The notes under the pieces are model-generated. The model ran no database searches and was not told the origin of the DNA. It worked only from the letters and a program-made list of their open reading frames with translations. DNA of 64,000 nucleotides, taken from the NCBI RefSeq assembly GCF_009914755.1, contig NC_060926.1; one strand, written 5' to 3'. Made by a program: the position numbers and the translations under genes. The DNA is from the human T2T-CHM13v2.0 reference genome, Homo sapiens. How positions within the stretch are numbered: the first letter of the stretch is position 1; each line of letters begins with the position of its first letter. Below are positions 13,034 through 27,919 of the stretch, piece by piece.

Positions 13034-13397
13034 TTATTTTAATAACTCTAGTTTCTTTTCAAAGAAAAGACTGATAATTTCCCAATATTATCAAATATGA
13101 TCAAAGTTTCCAATACTCAAATGGGCTGGGAAAAACCTAAGCTATTAATCAAAGTGGTTAGTAGTACTCTAGCTGATGAACAGTTTTAAATACTAGTTGT
13201 TAGGATTAAACTCCACATTAGCTTCTGAATTAGAATCTTTAAGAGCAGACGACTTTTGTTAAACTTCTGCCAAAAGCTACCTTCTCTCTCGGGTCATATT
13301 CTAAGTCTGACTTGACTTACATGAGGCCTGCAATTAATTCTCAGTGGGGTATTTCAACTCAGAATTGAGTACATTTACTCCAGCAATATCTCTATAC

Positions 13398-13853
13398 CAG
13401 TGTTATCCAATAAAAATGGAATGTATGCTGTAAGTACAATTTTAATTTTCTGGTAGCTATAGCAAAAATGTAAAAATAAACAAAATAAATTATGACAATA
13501 TATTTTATCTAATCCAATAAACCCACAAGAATAACATTGCAACATGTAACAATATACAGTAATTATTAATGGGATATATTACATTTTTGTACTAAATCTT
13601 TAAAATGCAATGTCCATTTGATACATAAAGAACATCTCAATTCAGAAGCCAAATTTTTAGTGGTTCAAATTAAGATGTCTAAGAAAAATAATAATTTTTA
13701 ACACAAACATATTTTATGCTTCAGATTTTTTATTTAATTTTAATTTAGATAATAGAAAATTTAAAAATTCAGCTTCTCAGTGATACTAATCGGATATTCA
13801 TTTCAAGTGTCTCATAGCTACATATGGGTAGGAGGCCATCCCAAAAGGCAGCC
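13398..13853. mobile_element. MER3/MER33-like hAT-Charlie element
   Basis: Starts cagtgttatccaata and ends tttcaagtgtctcatagctacatatgg. Confidence 0.65.
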
Positions 13854-14294
13854 CAACTCTATACATTTAACCATAGCATTAATCCATTTCTTTTGTCCGG
13901 AGGTTTCCCCAAGATTTCTATTTTGAGAACAAAATGCTATCCTAGCTCTGCTAAAAATAATTGTTACAATTCAATCACCAGTGAGATCGCCAATTTATTC
14001 ACAGACAAAATTATTTACTCTAAACTTCTCGATAGACTCCTTCAGAAGGGGAATATTTTAATTATTTAAAATGTATTCCAATTTAGTTCAATTTCCATAA
14101 GTGAGGAATTAACTTTGATTAAACTAGCAATAGACAAAAGAAAAAGTATTAGTTTGAAAGTAATTCTGGATTAGCTGCCAATGATAAACTAATCATGTCT
14201 ACAATAAACTTGTAGGCATTTTTGTTGATCTATTAAATACTTGTGTGAAATATTTTAATGTATTATAACATTGGATTTAACTCTCCAGTCACAG

Positions 14295-14420
14295 AACTTT
14301 ATCATCCCTATTTTACAGATGAGGAAAGTGACACTTAGAGTGTATAATCTCCCCAAGGTAACACAGCCCCTAAATGATTCATTTTTGCCTGTGGAGTAGC
14401 CTAAATGCTTTTTACTGTAT
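14295..14420 (-). mobile_element. MIR SINE
   Basis: ccctattttacagatgaggaaagtga...ccaaggtaacacagc. Confidence 0.75.
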
Positions 14421-15002
14421 CATGAGATAATATAGAACTTTACTTTGTAAAAGTCATTATTCATAGGCTAATGATCTGGCAGTCAAAATTATTGGCACAT
14501 ATTTCATTCTAATGAAAGAATCACCCCTGGAATCTGAGTGACTGTAGCAAACAGTTTTTACTTTGGTATATAATTCACAGTACAATATTTAGCATAAAAA
14601 AGGAACAGGAACATTTATTGAAACTTGGAGTTTGGCTGAAACTTCACTTCAGATGATCAGTGCCCCCTTTTCTTGTGTTTGCATTTTTTACTTACAGGAT
14701 CTGTGGACAATGACACATTCTGTACACTATTCCTGTTCATTATGACATGCCTGAGTGTTTCCAATTGTCTAAAAAAAAATCAAGAAATGTACTCCAAAGT
14801 ATTTTAAAATCATATTAACTTAATTTCACTTTTGAAAGTAAAAGTATATCTGACACCATTAGTAAAATTAGAATAATGTTATTTCTATGAACTTGAGAAT
14901 AGGTAGTTGATGAGCAAAAACATTAAGTATATCTAAATTCACAAATATGAAATTTTCTAATTCACTGTCTCAAGGAACTATACAGATGTATAAAATCATT
15001 CT

Positions 15003-17115
15003 AAGCATTCTCCCTAAGAACAGAAACAAGACAAGGATGCCCACTTTCACCACTTCTATTCAACATAGTACTGGAAGTCCTAGAGAGCAGTCAGGCAAGA
15101 GAAATTAAGGGCATCCAAATAAGAAGAGAAGTCGTCAAACTATCACTGTTTGCTGATGATATACCTAGAAAACCCTACAAACGCCTCCAAAAGACTTCTA
15201 GATTTGATAAATGAATTTCAGTAAAGTCTCAGGTTAAAAAAATCAATATACACAAATCAACAGCACTGCTATATACCAACAATGACCAAGCTGAGAATCA
15301 AATGAAGAACTTAATCTCTTTTACGATAGCTGCAACAAAACAAAACAAAGTAAACAAACAAAAAACAACCTAGGAATGTATTTAACCAAAGAGATGAAAG
15401 ATCTGTACAAGTAGAACTACAAAGCACTGCTGAAAGAATTCATAGATGACACAAACAAATGGAAACACATCCCATGCTCATGGATTGGAAGAATCAATAT
15501 TGTGAAAATGGCCATACTGCCCAAAACCATCCACAGAGTCAATGCAATTCCCATCAAAATACAAACATCATTTTTCATAGATTTAGAAGAAAAGCCTTAA
15601 AATTCATATGGAACCAAAAAAAAAAAAGAGACAAATAGCCAAAATAATCCTAAGCAAAAAGAACACATCTGGAAGCACCTCATTACTGGACTTCAAGTTA
15701 TACTACAAGGCCGTATTTACCAAAATAACATCTTAATGATATAGACACATAAACCAATGGAACAGAATAGAGAACCCAGAAATAAAGCCAAATTCTTATA
15801 ACCAACTTATCTTCGACAAACATAAGTTGGGGAAAGGACATCCTATTTAATAAATGGTGCTGGGAAAACTGGCTAGCTACACGAAGAAGAATGAAACTGG
15901 ATCCCTATCTCTCACCCTAAACAAAAATCAACTCAAGGTTGATCAAAGACTTAAATCTAAGTCTTGAAACTAAAAAATTATAGAGGACAACCCTGGAAAA
16001 ACTCTCCTGGACACTGACCTAGGCAAAGAAATCATGACTAAAGCCCCAAAAGCAAATGCAACAAAAATAAAAATAAATAAATGGTACCTAATTAAACTAA
16101 AAAGTTCCTGCACAGCAAAAGAAATAATTATCAGAGTAAACAGACAACCCAAGAATGGGAGAAAATATTTGCAAACTATGCATCTGACAAAGGACTAGTA
16201 TCCAGAATCTATAAGGAACTCAAAAAAAATCAGCAAGAAAAAAATATAATCCCATCAAAAAGTGAGCAAAGGACATGAATAGACATTTCTCAAAAGAGGA
16301 TATACAGATGGCCAACAAACATATGAAAAAATGCTCAATATCACTTATCATCAGGGAAATGCAAATTAAAACCACAATGAGATACCACCTTCCTGCTACA
16401 AGAATGGCCATTATTAAGAAGTCAAAAAACAATAGATGTTGGTGTAGATATGGTAAAAGGAGAATGCTTATACATTGCTGGTGGGAATATAAATTAGGAT
16501 AACCTCTATGGAAAACAGTATGGAGATTCCTCAAAGATCTAAAAGTAGATTTACCATTCAATCCAGCAATTCCACTACTGGATATCTATCCAAATGAAAA
16601 TAAGAAATTATAAGAAAAAGACATATACATGTATGTTTGTTGCAGCACAATTCAAAATTGCAAAGATATGGAACCAAGTTCAGTGCCCATTCACCAATGA
16701 GTGGAAAAAGAAAATGTGGTATATATACAGCACAGAATACTACTCAGACATAAAAAAGGAATGAAATAATGTCTTTTACGGCAACTTGGATGGAGCTGGA
16801 GGCCATTACTCTACGTGAAGTAACTCAGGAATGGAAAACCAAATACCGTATGTTCTCACTTATAAGTGGGAGTTAAGTTATGAGTACACAAAGACATACA
16901 GAGTGATATAATGGACTTTGGAGACTAAGGAGGGGGCACGGTGGGAGGGAGATGTGGGGTAAAAAACTATATATTGGATACAGTATGCACTACTTGGGTA
17001 ATAGGTGCACTAAAATCTCAGATTCACCACTATGTAATTCATCCATGTAACTGAAAACCACTTGTACCTCAAAAGCTATCGAAATTTTAAAAATTGAAAA
17101 ATAAAATAAAATAAA
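15003..17115 (+). mobile_element. 5'-truncated L1PB-type element
   Basis: ORF2 C-terminal half ([21 protein letters not shown] fragment), L1PB-like 3' UTR and an A-rich tail. Confidence 0.9.
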
Positions 17116-17977
17116 TTTTAAGCTTAGCTTAGCTAACTCAATTTTGGGAATAACAGCTTTTCTCTCCATACGTCACCTTCAAAGAGGAGCTTTTGGATGA
17201 AGATAATAAAATACTATTTATAAATTACAATTTATTGAGTTTTTACTATGTGCTCTGTTCTGTTATGCCAGAAAATAGTAAATGCCTTTGAATGATAACT
17301 AACACACACTATTACTATAATTCATAGATTTCCTTATCTCCATAATTTCTGGGTAGAGAGCAGGCAGTTACCAATAGCTGTCATTACAGTTAAAAAAACA
17401 GAAAATGATTTGGCCTTCTAGCCCTCAAATTCTGCTACTCAGTGTTACAATTTACATTGTGCTTTAGGGTATTCTCTTAAATTCAGCAACAGAAGGAATA
17501 TTAGTAGTCTCAGACAATAAAAATTGTTCTAATCTGGCAATGATAACTCAGTATTACATCAGGCATCCACACCACTAGCAATACTGGAAATTTAAATGGA
17601 ATTTGTGGTTTCGGTAAATCTGAAGTTGTGGAATTAAGGAGTAGTGATTTTTTGTTTTTGTTTTTGTTTTTTTATTAGGTCAAATGGAATTTTTTTTTAA
17701 AAAAAGATAATTTGTAACTAGATTAACTCAAAGTATAACAGAAACTAGCTGGTTTGACCATTATATAGATTACTACATAATCTATGCATTTAAACAGTTA
17801 TGTTGGAAATCATTAAAATAAGGAAATCCAACAATAGAAATAGAAACTATAGTATAGAAATAGAAAGTAGAGTAATAAAAATACTACTGAAATAGAAAAT
17901 AAGAAATTATAATATCAAAATGCAATCGATGACCACTAGATACTCTTTTGCAAAAAACAAAAACAAACAAAAAACAA

Positions 17978-18300
<323 letters not shown>

Positions 18301-18489
18301 AACCCAACAAGACAAAACTCTAAAAATATTTACCTCTAGGGCTTAATTTCAATAGGAAGTAGAGATTCTGATACAAGTTTGTGGCTTTTTTGTATTTGAA
18401 AAACAGTCTAACATCCCTCTGCACGCTGAAAAATAATGACATGAAGTGGAAAAGTGATTTTTCAATAGTTTATAAACCATGAGCCTTGA

Positions 18490-18830
<341 letters not shown>

Positions 18831-18886
18831 ATCTTTTCATCCATTTATCTGTTCTTTTTTTCTGCAAATATTCCTTGAATGCCTGG

Positions 18887-19164
18887 TACAGGGATTGGAG
18901 CCCCTATGGATACCAAAATCCATGGATGCTCAAGTCTGATATATAAAATGGCATGATATTTGCATATAACCTACACACATCTCCTGTATTCTTTAAGTCA
19001 TGCCTAGATTACTTATGAAACCTAATGCAATGTAATGCTATGTAAATAGTTGTTACACTGTATTTTTCAATTTGTATTAATTTTTATTGTTTTTAAAACA
19101 TATTTTTGATCCATAGTTAGTTGACTCTGTGGAGGCAGAACCAGGGGATAGGAAGGCCAACCGT
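18887..19164. mobile_element. MER2 (TcMar-Tigger)
   Basis: ggataccaaaatccatggatgctcaagtc...atttgcatataacctacacacatc. Confidence 0.8.
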
Positions 19165-20716
19165 TCCATAAATGCCAGACACTGCACAAGGCTCTGGATC
19201 TATGGGTACAGTCTTTACCCCACAAAATTTTTAGTATGAAGGAAATTCACCAGGAGTTATCACAAAGGAGTTCATCTCTGTGGAGCAGGACTGAGCTTCA
19301 AAGGGACAGAAGAAAGCGTTACTTTTGACTACATACTATATAGTCTGTTCAAATTTTGTTTTTACTAAATTTGTATTAACTTTTAAGTGATTTTTAAATT
19401 TAAAAACTGTCAATTCACATGTTAAGACTAGGTAAAGATGAAATTCAACAATGGAGTACAAACTTTAAGGGAGTTTGAAAATATGAATCACCATCTTGAT
19501 ACTCTATTTGTTCAGTTTACTTCCATTTTGGAATGCACCATACACACACATGCATATGCAACCTGTGTGTGCATATATATATTAAAGATATATATACATA
19601 TAATAAAAGAATACTAATTATATTTTTCATAAAGAAATTTTGGAATTAGTTTTCAGTCTCTAAATACAAGAAGCTACACAATAGAAAACAAAAGGGAGAA
19701 GGGTTCCAGGTGCAAAACAGTCAGCTGCTGCTGAATTTTGGATGGGATAAGTAATCATGTTAGCACTAACTTGTACAGTCCAGTGTTTCTCTGCAAGCTT
19801 CAGGGTTTGGAGGGTGAAGACTGTTCCATACCCATTTGTGATTAGACAGTATCCACTGATAGACTTTTCTAACCTATTAAAAATTGAATTTTACAGACAG
19901 AAATCTGAGTCACAATTTAGATGGAGTCATTTTCAAGATTCTTCAACTGAGAGTTGGTTTGACTTAAGATAATTATTTTCATTGACAACATAACATTAAA
20001 TATATACTGTGATATAGAATTAAGACATTATTAAACCCTGTATTGTAGAAGACAGAAAGTTGAAGACAAAAATTTACCCAGCAACTGTCCCCACACTTTT
20101 CTTGAGGGAATCTGAATAAAAACATTAAAATTGTATATCAGTTTAAGTCATAGGTCTGTTAACATTCTTCAGCTTCTTGTTTCTTTTGATGTGAATTTAT
20201 GAAGAATTAGATTATTCAGAAGATGCCATTTTTTAACTTGCAACACTAATAAATATCAGAATGACATTTTAGAAATTATTGTTCTGCCTCTTCCTCCTAG
20301 AGTAATATCCAAGCTCTATTGATATGTAACCTAACCTCACTGAAGGTAAAGCTTTATTCAGTACTTTTGATTCCTGTAATAACTATCATTGTGCATTTTA
20401 GTAAAAAATAAATGTCAGACTTGAAATATCAGAAATACATTTTGCTAGAAATATATTTGGGGAGAGTAAGACCATTGGATCTTGCAAGAATTAAAGTTTT
20501 AAAAAATATTTTTCTTTTAGGACAAGGATAACACAAGTATAACTTTTTCATCTCATGTAAACATTTCTAGATATTCTAAAGGTAGTAAATATATAAGCAA
20601 GAGATAATTTTCAAATTTTCCGTATTACTGATAGAAGCAGAAGTACTCTGACACTAGAATAACATTAACTCATTGATTTGTAAAAGTTTTTATAATTTTA
20701 GTTGCTATCGATTTAA

Positions 20717-21063
<347 letters not shown>

Positions 21064-23079
21064 TCACCTATTCTTAATATAATATACATTTATGATCAAA
21101 TAACATCTATAATATGATATTCATTTTACAATCAAATAAATTGAAAACAATAGAAGTTATACTTTACACATACAAAATAAGTTTATTACACTGGGGATAC
21201 ACTTCTGAAGTGGAGAGAAAAGTGAACAAGTGAATGAAGATAAGGACTGGGTGTCAGCAGAAATTCCGTCAGGAATTTGGCATCACATCATAGGATACAT
21301 GCAACACACATAATAGAAACCAAATGAAATAGGAAAGAGAAATGTTTTATACTGCATTTGGTTTGAGTAGAGGTCAGCTAATATTAATAGGAAAGGTATG
21401 TTTATATTTGCATTTCTCACCTATCTTTAGCCTTTAGATCTGCTCTCAGTCCGCATTACCTTATGCCATCTAACTGATGTTAGATAATTTATGCCAGAAA
21501 GTACCCCTCTTGGGAGACTTGGTGAGTAAAAAACTATTTTTTAAATTTTAAAATGCTTAACAGACATGATTTTATGTGTGTCACTTTCTTTTTAATCTGC
21601 ATATATCACAGTGCAGAATGTTAAAAGTGAATTTAAATTTAGTTCTAAAATCTGATGCAATATGTGCCTCTAAAACTTAGTGTCCTAGTTTATCTTAAAA
21701 TACAAACCTTCTTTTCGTAAATTAAATAAAAAAGCATATCACATTATAATTGTTCAGAAAACTAATTATGGTAAAGGCCGCTCCCCTCAAAAATGAGAAG
21801 TTAGCACAAAATATTTCCCTTTTTATTTCAGAAATTTTTCTATTTTTAAATAACACATTTTAAATGAATTCAATTTGACATAATGAGCCTTGAGATTTGG
21901 TGGCAGCAACTCTTATGATGAATGGCTTTTCTACAAAGTAAATACATTATAGATGCTGGTCTTATGTCCCTTTGCCCTCTAGAACATTAGAGTCATGAAT
22001 TGAATACTATGAAGTGAGATAGGAACCCGAAGGCGTGCATACTTTTCCATTTATTCTTCATTAGATTTTATTTAAACATAAATTTTAAAAAATCTGTCTA
22101 GCAAGTAATTGGAGTAATCAGAAAAGTGCAATAAAGATGACTGGAGAAAGGATTGTATTTGAAAATATTATAAACAAATAGAAAGCTAAACAACATTATG
22201 AAAAGGTTAAATGCCAGAGAAAGTATATTTAACACCAAACACTCATTAGGTATCGTGTTTGCCAAAGGTTTCCATGAGCCATCTAGTTTCCTCCTTCTGG
22301 CAATTTTTTGATACAAGTTTTAGGGTCCCTATTTTACAACTGAGGATTTTACCCAACATCACATGACTCAAAAATATTAAAGCGAGGGTTTGTATCTAGG
22401 CCTCGGAAACTAAGTTATTTTTGTTTCGTCACATAAATCTGGCAGTTTGAAAAATAGGAAACATAGGGCTATTCTCAATGAGTTTATAAACTAGATAGAA
22501 AAGACACAATTTACTATTACAAAACCATTTCAAAATCAGCAGAGGATTAGGGGTCATCTTGCATAGCACAATTATCCTTTGGAGGAATTGGGTATTTTTA
22601 AGAGCTAAAGTTGGCAAAGAAGACTTCATGATTAGAAGAAACTTGAACTAGAAAAATATGACTGAAAACTCAGAAACTAGCACTGCATGATTAAAGGGCA
22701 GGCGTAGACTCTTCTGAACAAAGTGGATGGGGTGAAGTATAAAGGGATAAAAAAATTAGATAAATTGGGCCTCTTCAAACCATAGGGTCATGACAGGAAT
22801 TCAATATGGGGGCTCATGTACTTTATCTTTTCAAAGAAATAGAATAAATTATAGTGTAAAGATTGCTTTAGAAAAATTGTTTAAATTATGTGAGTGTACA
22901 GCACACGTGTGTGTGTGTGAGCACATGTGCACACACACTAAATTGAAATATAAAATATATTTTATCTAGTCATGTTTTCAAAAGCTTGATAAGTATCAGG
23001 GTGCAGACTAGAGGTAATGTATGGGATATCTGGAAACTTAACACCACAGCAGAGAATTTAGACAGGAAGCAGAAAGAAA

Positions 23080-24000
23080 AGAGAGGCCCCTAAATATTTG
23101 AGGAAAAGTGACACAGTGAAAAAACACAGCCAAAGTGAGATATTAGACTAGCAGTTAAATATTAATACAAGATAACTGAGGGATGCAGAGACTGGCATCT
23201 GCAGGGACAACCAGGAGGCTAGTGCAGTAATCTAGTGAGTGATGAGGATCTAGATCAAGGGTTGTGGACAGAAAGAAAGCAAAAGTAGAGACTGGCTTTT
23301 CAGAGCACAAACCCACAGGATGATAATTACCTAAGTAAAGGAGGAAGGCAAGGAATAAATTAGAAAGGACATGAAGCCCCTGATCCTATATGCCAAGAGG
23401 AATGGGACTTTTTGGGACTAGTTTAAGGTGAGGATTATTCCAAGGAGAAGACAAATTTGGTTTTAGCCATGTTAATCTTGCAGTGAAGCTGAAATAACCT
23501 TTAGACATTAGGATATAAAGTACTTCACTATGAGTGAAGAAACAGTTCTACAGGTAAGGTTTGAGAAGTTAAAGTACAGATGAGAAATCAATAATAATAA
23601 AAGAATTGAGATTCAAAGACAGCAGGAAGTGAGAATCCAAAAAGCAATGGAGAAAAAAGACATTGCGTTATCAAGAAAGCTAAGAAGAGAGAGTTGACCG
23701 GAGTGTATTTCAGGAAGGACTAGATGACCTTGGAGTAACTGGTGACCTTTCAAAGTGCAGTTTCACTGGGATGGCTAGAACTCAAAGATTCCTGGAACTT
23801 GAGGATGAAGAATGGTGAGCAAATGCAAGGAGAAGATGAAAAAAGTTGTTAAGAATTTTTACATGGAAAGGAGGGGACAGGAATCAGAGTAACCATCAGG
23901 AAGATAATAAACCTCTCTATTCTCCCTCTGAAATTTAGGAAATATATTTGCATGTTCAAAGTCAGATAGAACAAAGACTAGGGAGACAGGAAGTTGGAAA
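23080..24000 (-). mobile_element. Decayed L2
   Basis: Purine-rich tract with L2-like motifs (ggaggctagtgcagtaatctag, ggtgacctttcaaagtgcagtttcactgg). Confidence 0.5.
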
Positions 24001-24486
24001 TGTTGAAGGTGAGAGGCTAAGTCAGAAAATGTGTGTGTCTAGTTAACATTAGATTACTTCTCTCCAGAACCCAAGCAGGCCCAGGAATGGTCAACCCACT
24101 TTAACCTTCAGTTCAAAGAAAGGTGAGACAATCATGGATAAAAAGGAATGCCAAATGTGTACTCTTCCACCTGCCAGAATCAGATACATTCCTCGATCAG
24201 GTACACTCCTCTATATTTGTGTACACAATGGTGGTCACTGAAAACTAGGGAAGAAAACTTTATTAGAGGAGGTGTAAAATACCAGACTGCCATCAGGGGT
24301 GATTGGTGAGGCTCATTAAAACTTGGTGAAACTTCTAAAATCTTTGGGTTAGCACTTTACCTTCATCATTCATTCTCTCCCAATTATTGCTGGGGAAACT
24401 ATAAAACCACTGATGGATTTAATGATTTTTTATCCACTATCAACCACTGTTCACACAGCTTTAAAAATTTAACAATTCACTCAAAT

Positions 24487-25749
24487 TTCTACTAAGTCTG
24501 TCATTAGGAAAACTTCCTTTTAATATTTGTATTCTCTTTTACATTTTTACACACTAAATATCACAGAAATATTTAATAAACCATGCCCTAGCTTTATTTA
24601 GGATTAGAAGAAATGAGTTCCAGTGAATTGTATTGTCAGTTATATTGACACTTACTTCCAAGACTACTAACTTCTAAACTTCATTTCCTAAGAAACCTCT
24701 AAGTGAACATGATACAATAGTTCATAAAAATGTCAAAGCTTTTTTCTTTGACTAGCTGATATTGAGACAAATAAACTAAGGTCTGCTGTAATAATATGTC
24801 TACAGTAAAAAAAAGTGAATCATTCCATTAAACACATTCTGACTTTTAATAAAGAATTTGAAATGCAGAAACCTGGAAATTGGACAATGTGGATCCTGGT
24901 TCTGATGCCAAGCGACCTTGGGCAATTGCTTGGCCTTGGTTTCAGCATTTACAAAATAAAGGCTGTTGAAAGAAAAGAAGGAGAAGAGGAAGTAGGAGGT
25001 AGAAAAGGGAGGGAAAGTGGCAGATATACAAGTAGGTTTGCAGGAAAGTTGGTTAGTCAGGTGGCATTTGGGAGGCAGCTACTCTGGGCCAGAATCCATT
25101 GGCACACTTCCTAGAAAACATAATAGATGATTCTAATTCCTTATCATCTTAAAATTTTGTGATTCTGCAGCATTTCATCTTTAGATAATATTGTTTTCAA
25201 TTGACTCAAGGATGGAAATGCCATTATTGTTATCTTGTTTTCCATGAGGCTTAATCTAGTTACTTCATCAATGAGACAAGGTGTGGAAGGCAAAATAGGC
25301 CTCAAGTCTTCGCTTCTACTTCTGGAAAAGTAAATCTGTCGTTTGGAACAAAGACTTGTTATCTACAGAGTGGGAGCTCTTTCATCTGTGTAACTGTCAA
25401 TATATGATTCTCACACAATAAGATGTAATGAATTCCAGCACTTCTGCCTTTGTTACAGAGACTATTAGGGTGTCCTGCTATCAATTATTCATCACTCTCG
25501 CCTCAGCTCCAAATAGAACAGTAAACAGATCCAAGGAATAAATATTCTTCACACCGAAGAACTCATCCTTCTACGATCATGGTGTCTAGCTTCAGATAAC
25601 CCTCTTGAACTTATGCTTGTCAGAGATTTCACTGGCATGCTCTCTTTTGGAGGGGGTGAGCAGCAGTCTTTTTGTTGTTGTTGTTGTTACTGCTTTTTAA
25701 ATATTCTTCTATTATTCCAAGCCTTCTACTAAGTCTGTCATTAGGAAAA
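24487..25749. repeat. Perfect 26-bp direct repeat pair (24487-24512 and 25724-25749)
   Basis: ttctactaagtctgtcattaggaaaa occurs twice with unrelated flanks. Confidence 0.95.
24850..25168 (+). mobile_element. Interrupted MIR
   Basis: gcgaccttgggcaattgctt core and a 3' end aaaattttgtgattct. Confidence 0.5.
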
Positions 25750-26825
25750 TTTGAAGCAGTTTTCCTATCTACTCACTCTCCACTCTAAGACCACATACTT
25801 ATTTTCCTTACACCTCAGGGTTTTGTTTTCCTACATTTGAATTCCTCCTCCCCTTTTTTCTGCCTCTGCATTTGTCTGTTACTTTGCCTCCCCCAATAAC
25901 TAAGTAACAAATATGAACTTTGTCTTTTTACTCCAAGAGTCATATTTTTTTCATAAAATAAGTAACCTCTTCAAATATTTCAAATTTAAAGACCACACAT
26001 CTTAATCTAATGTTCAGTATAAAGGAGAAGATATATTTACCCCTCAACTTATTCTAAACATTCTGGCTGTTTATAATAGGAGGAAAAGAATTATTAAAAC
26101 TTAGCCTTCTATTGAAACTAGGGAAGCTTTAAAGATTACAAATAGATATAAGTAATCAGAGTAATATTAAAAAATGAGACATGTTTTTTCCCACAAAAAC
26201 ATAAATATGTGTTCAATAAGCTATAATGGCTTATCACATAACACAATAATTAGGATGCAGTTCAAGCACTCCTTATGAGTAAACATTCTGTCATTATAAA
26301 AATCTTATGAAGTAATGCAACTGTATGTGCAGTAGGTTTTAGATGTGATTTTGAATTGATTTTGAAGCTATTAAACATAAAGAATAAAAGAAAGTGAGAA
26401 ACAATAAAACCTGGGTCAGGAAGCCCTGATGGGTTACACAGACTGGAAGGCAAGGGGCAGACAAACACTGAGGAAGACAGTTTATGTCAGTCTCAAAAGT
26501 CAATAAAATGTTAATTGTGCATCTCAGATATGCTTGTCTCAGCTCTAGCAGCCACAAATCAACTTTTCTTTTAAAACGTATTTATAAATACAACCAGTAC
26601 CACCTCTTGGGCACAGCCATATTAATCCCAGTTTAACCATACACTTAAACATGCTTTCTTTCAGTCTTCCAACAAAGTTCTGACATCTAAATTTCAGGAT
26701 TATGGTGAAGAAGAGATCCATCTGACCACATAAGTAGCACACATGTATCTTTTGGATTACATAATTAGATTTCCTCATAACCTCATCCTCCAGTTTAAAA
26801 AAATTTACTTAGAAATCTGCCTTAC

Positions 26826-27163
<338 letters not shown>

Positions 27164-27919
27164 CTATCATTTCAGTTTCCTTTCTTCACTGACTATGTGT
27201 TTTGTTTTAGTTTGAAATCTGTATCAAAGAAAAATTGACTTTCATTAAAATGGTCATTTCTGCCCTTTCCCATAATAGAAAGTGGAAAAGTACAAACAGA
27301 AATCAATAGAAAGTACCCTACCCTGAAGGGCTCAGAGACTATTGAAGATCTATTTGCCACTTAAGAATAAAAATAATGCCCCTAATCAAAACTTGATACA
27401 TCACCTCCTAATATAGGAAAGAATTAAATGCAATTAGTTTAGATATAGTTTTAAGAGGATGAAATACTTGATTAAAAATTCTGATTCACCACTGCTATAA
27501 GAAATAAGTGTGGATAGTAAATATGCCAACGTGTAACAATAGATTTAGTTTGTTTGAGATGTTGCTAAAATATGAAAGGAAAGTGGGAAAAATAAACTAA
27601 ACCAATGGCTTATCAGTATGAGTAGCCCTGATTTCCTAAATCATGAAAATAAATCCTGTCTACTATATCAGGATATTTCTAGTATCTTTCAATGTTGAAA
27701 ATTTTTTTTAAAAATACAGAAATGAATTGTAAACTGCTATAATGAAAATTCAACTAACAGAATATTAAATACAAGCCAATTTTCCTATATATAAAAGTAA
27801 AAGCCCAGAATTTCAAGAATGTATTTTCCTTTATACGCATTTATTTGTCTTACTAGGTCTGGGTAATGATCATGTGGTTATAGAAGAAAAAATCTGGCCC
27901 TGAAAGTAAACAGTGATCT

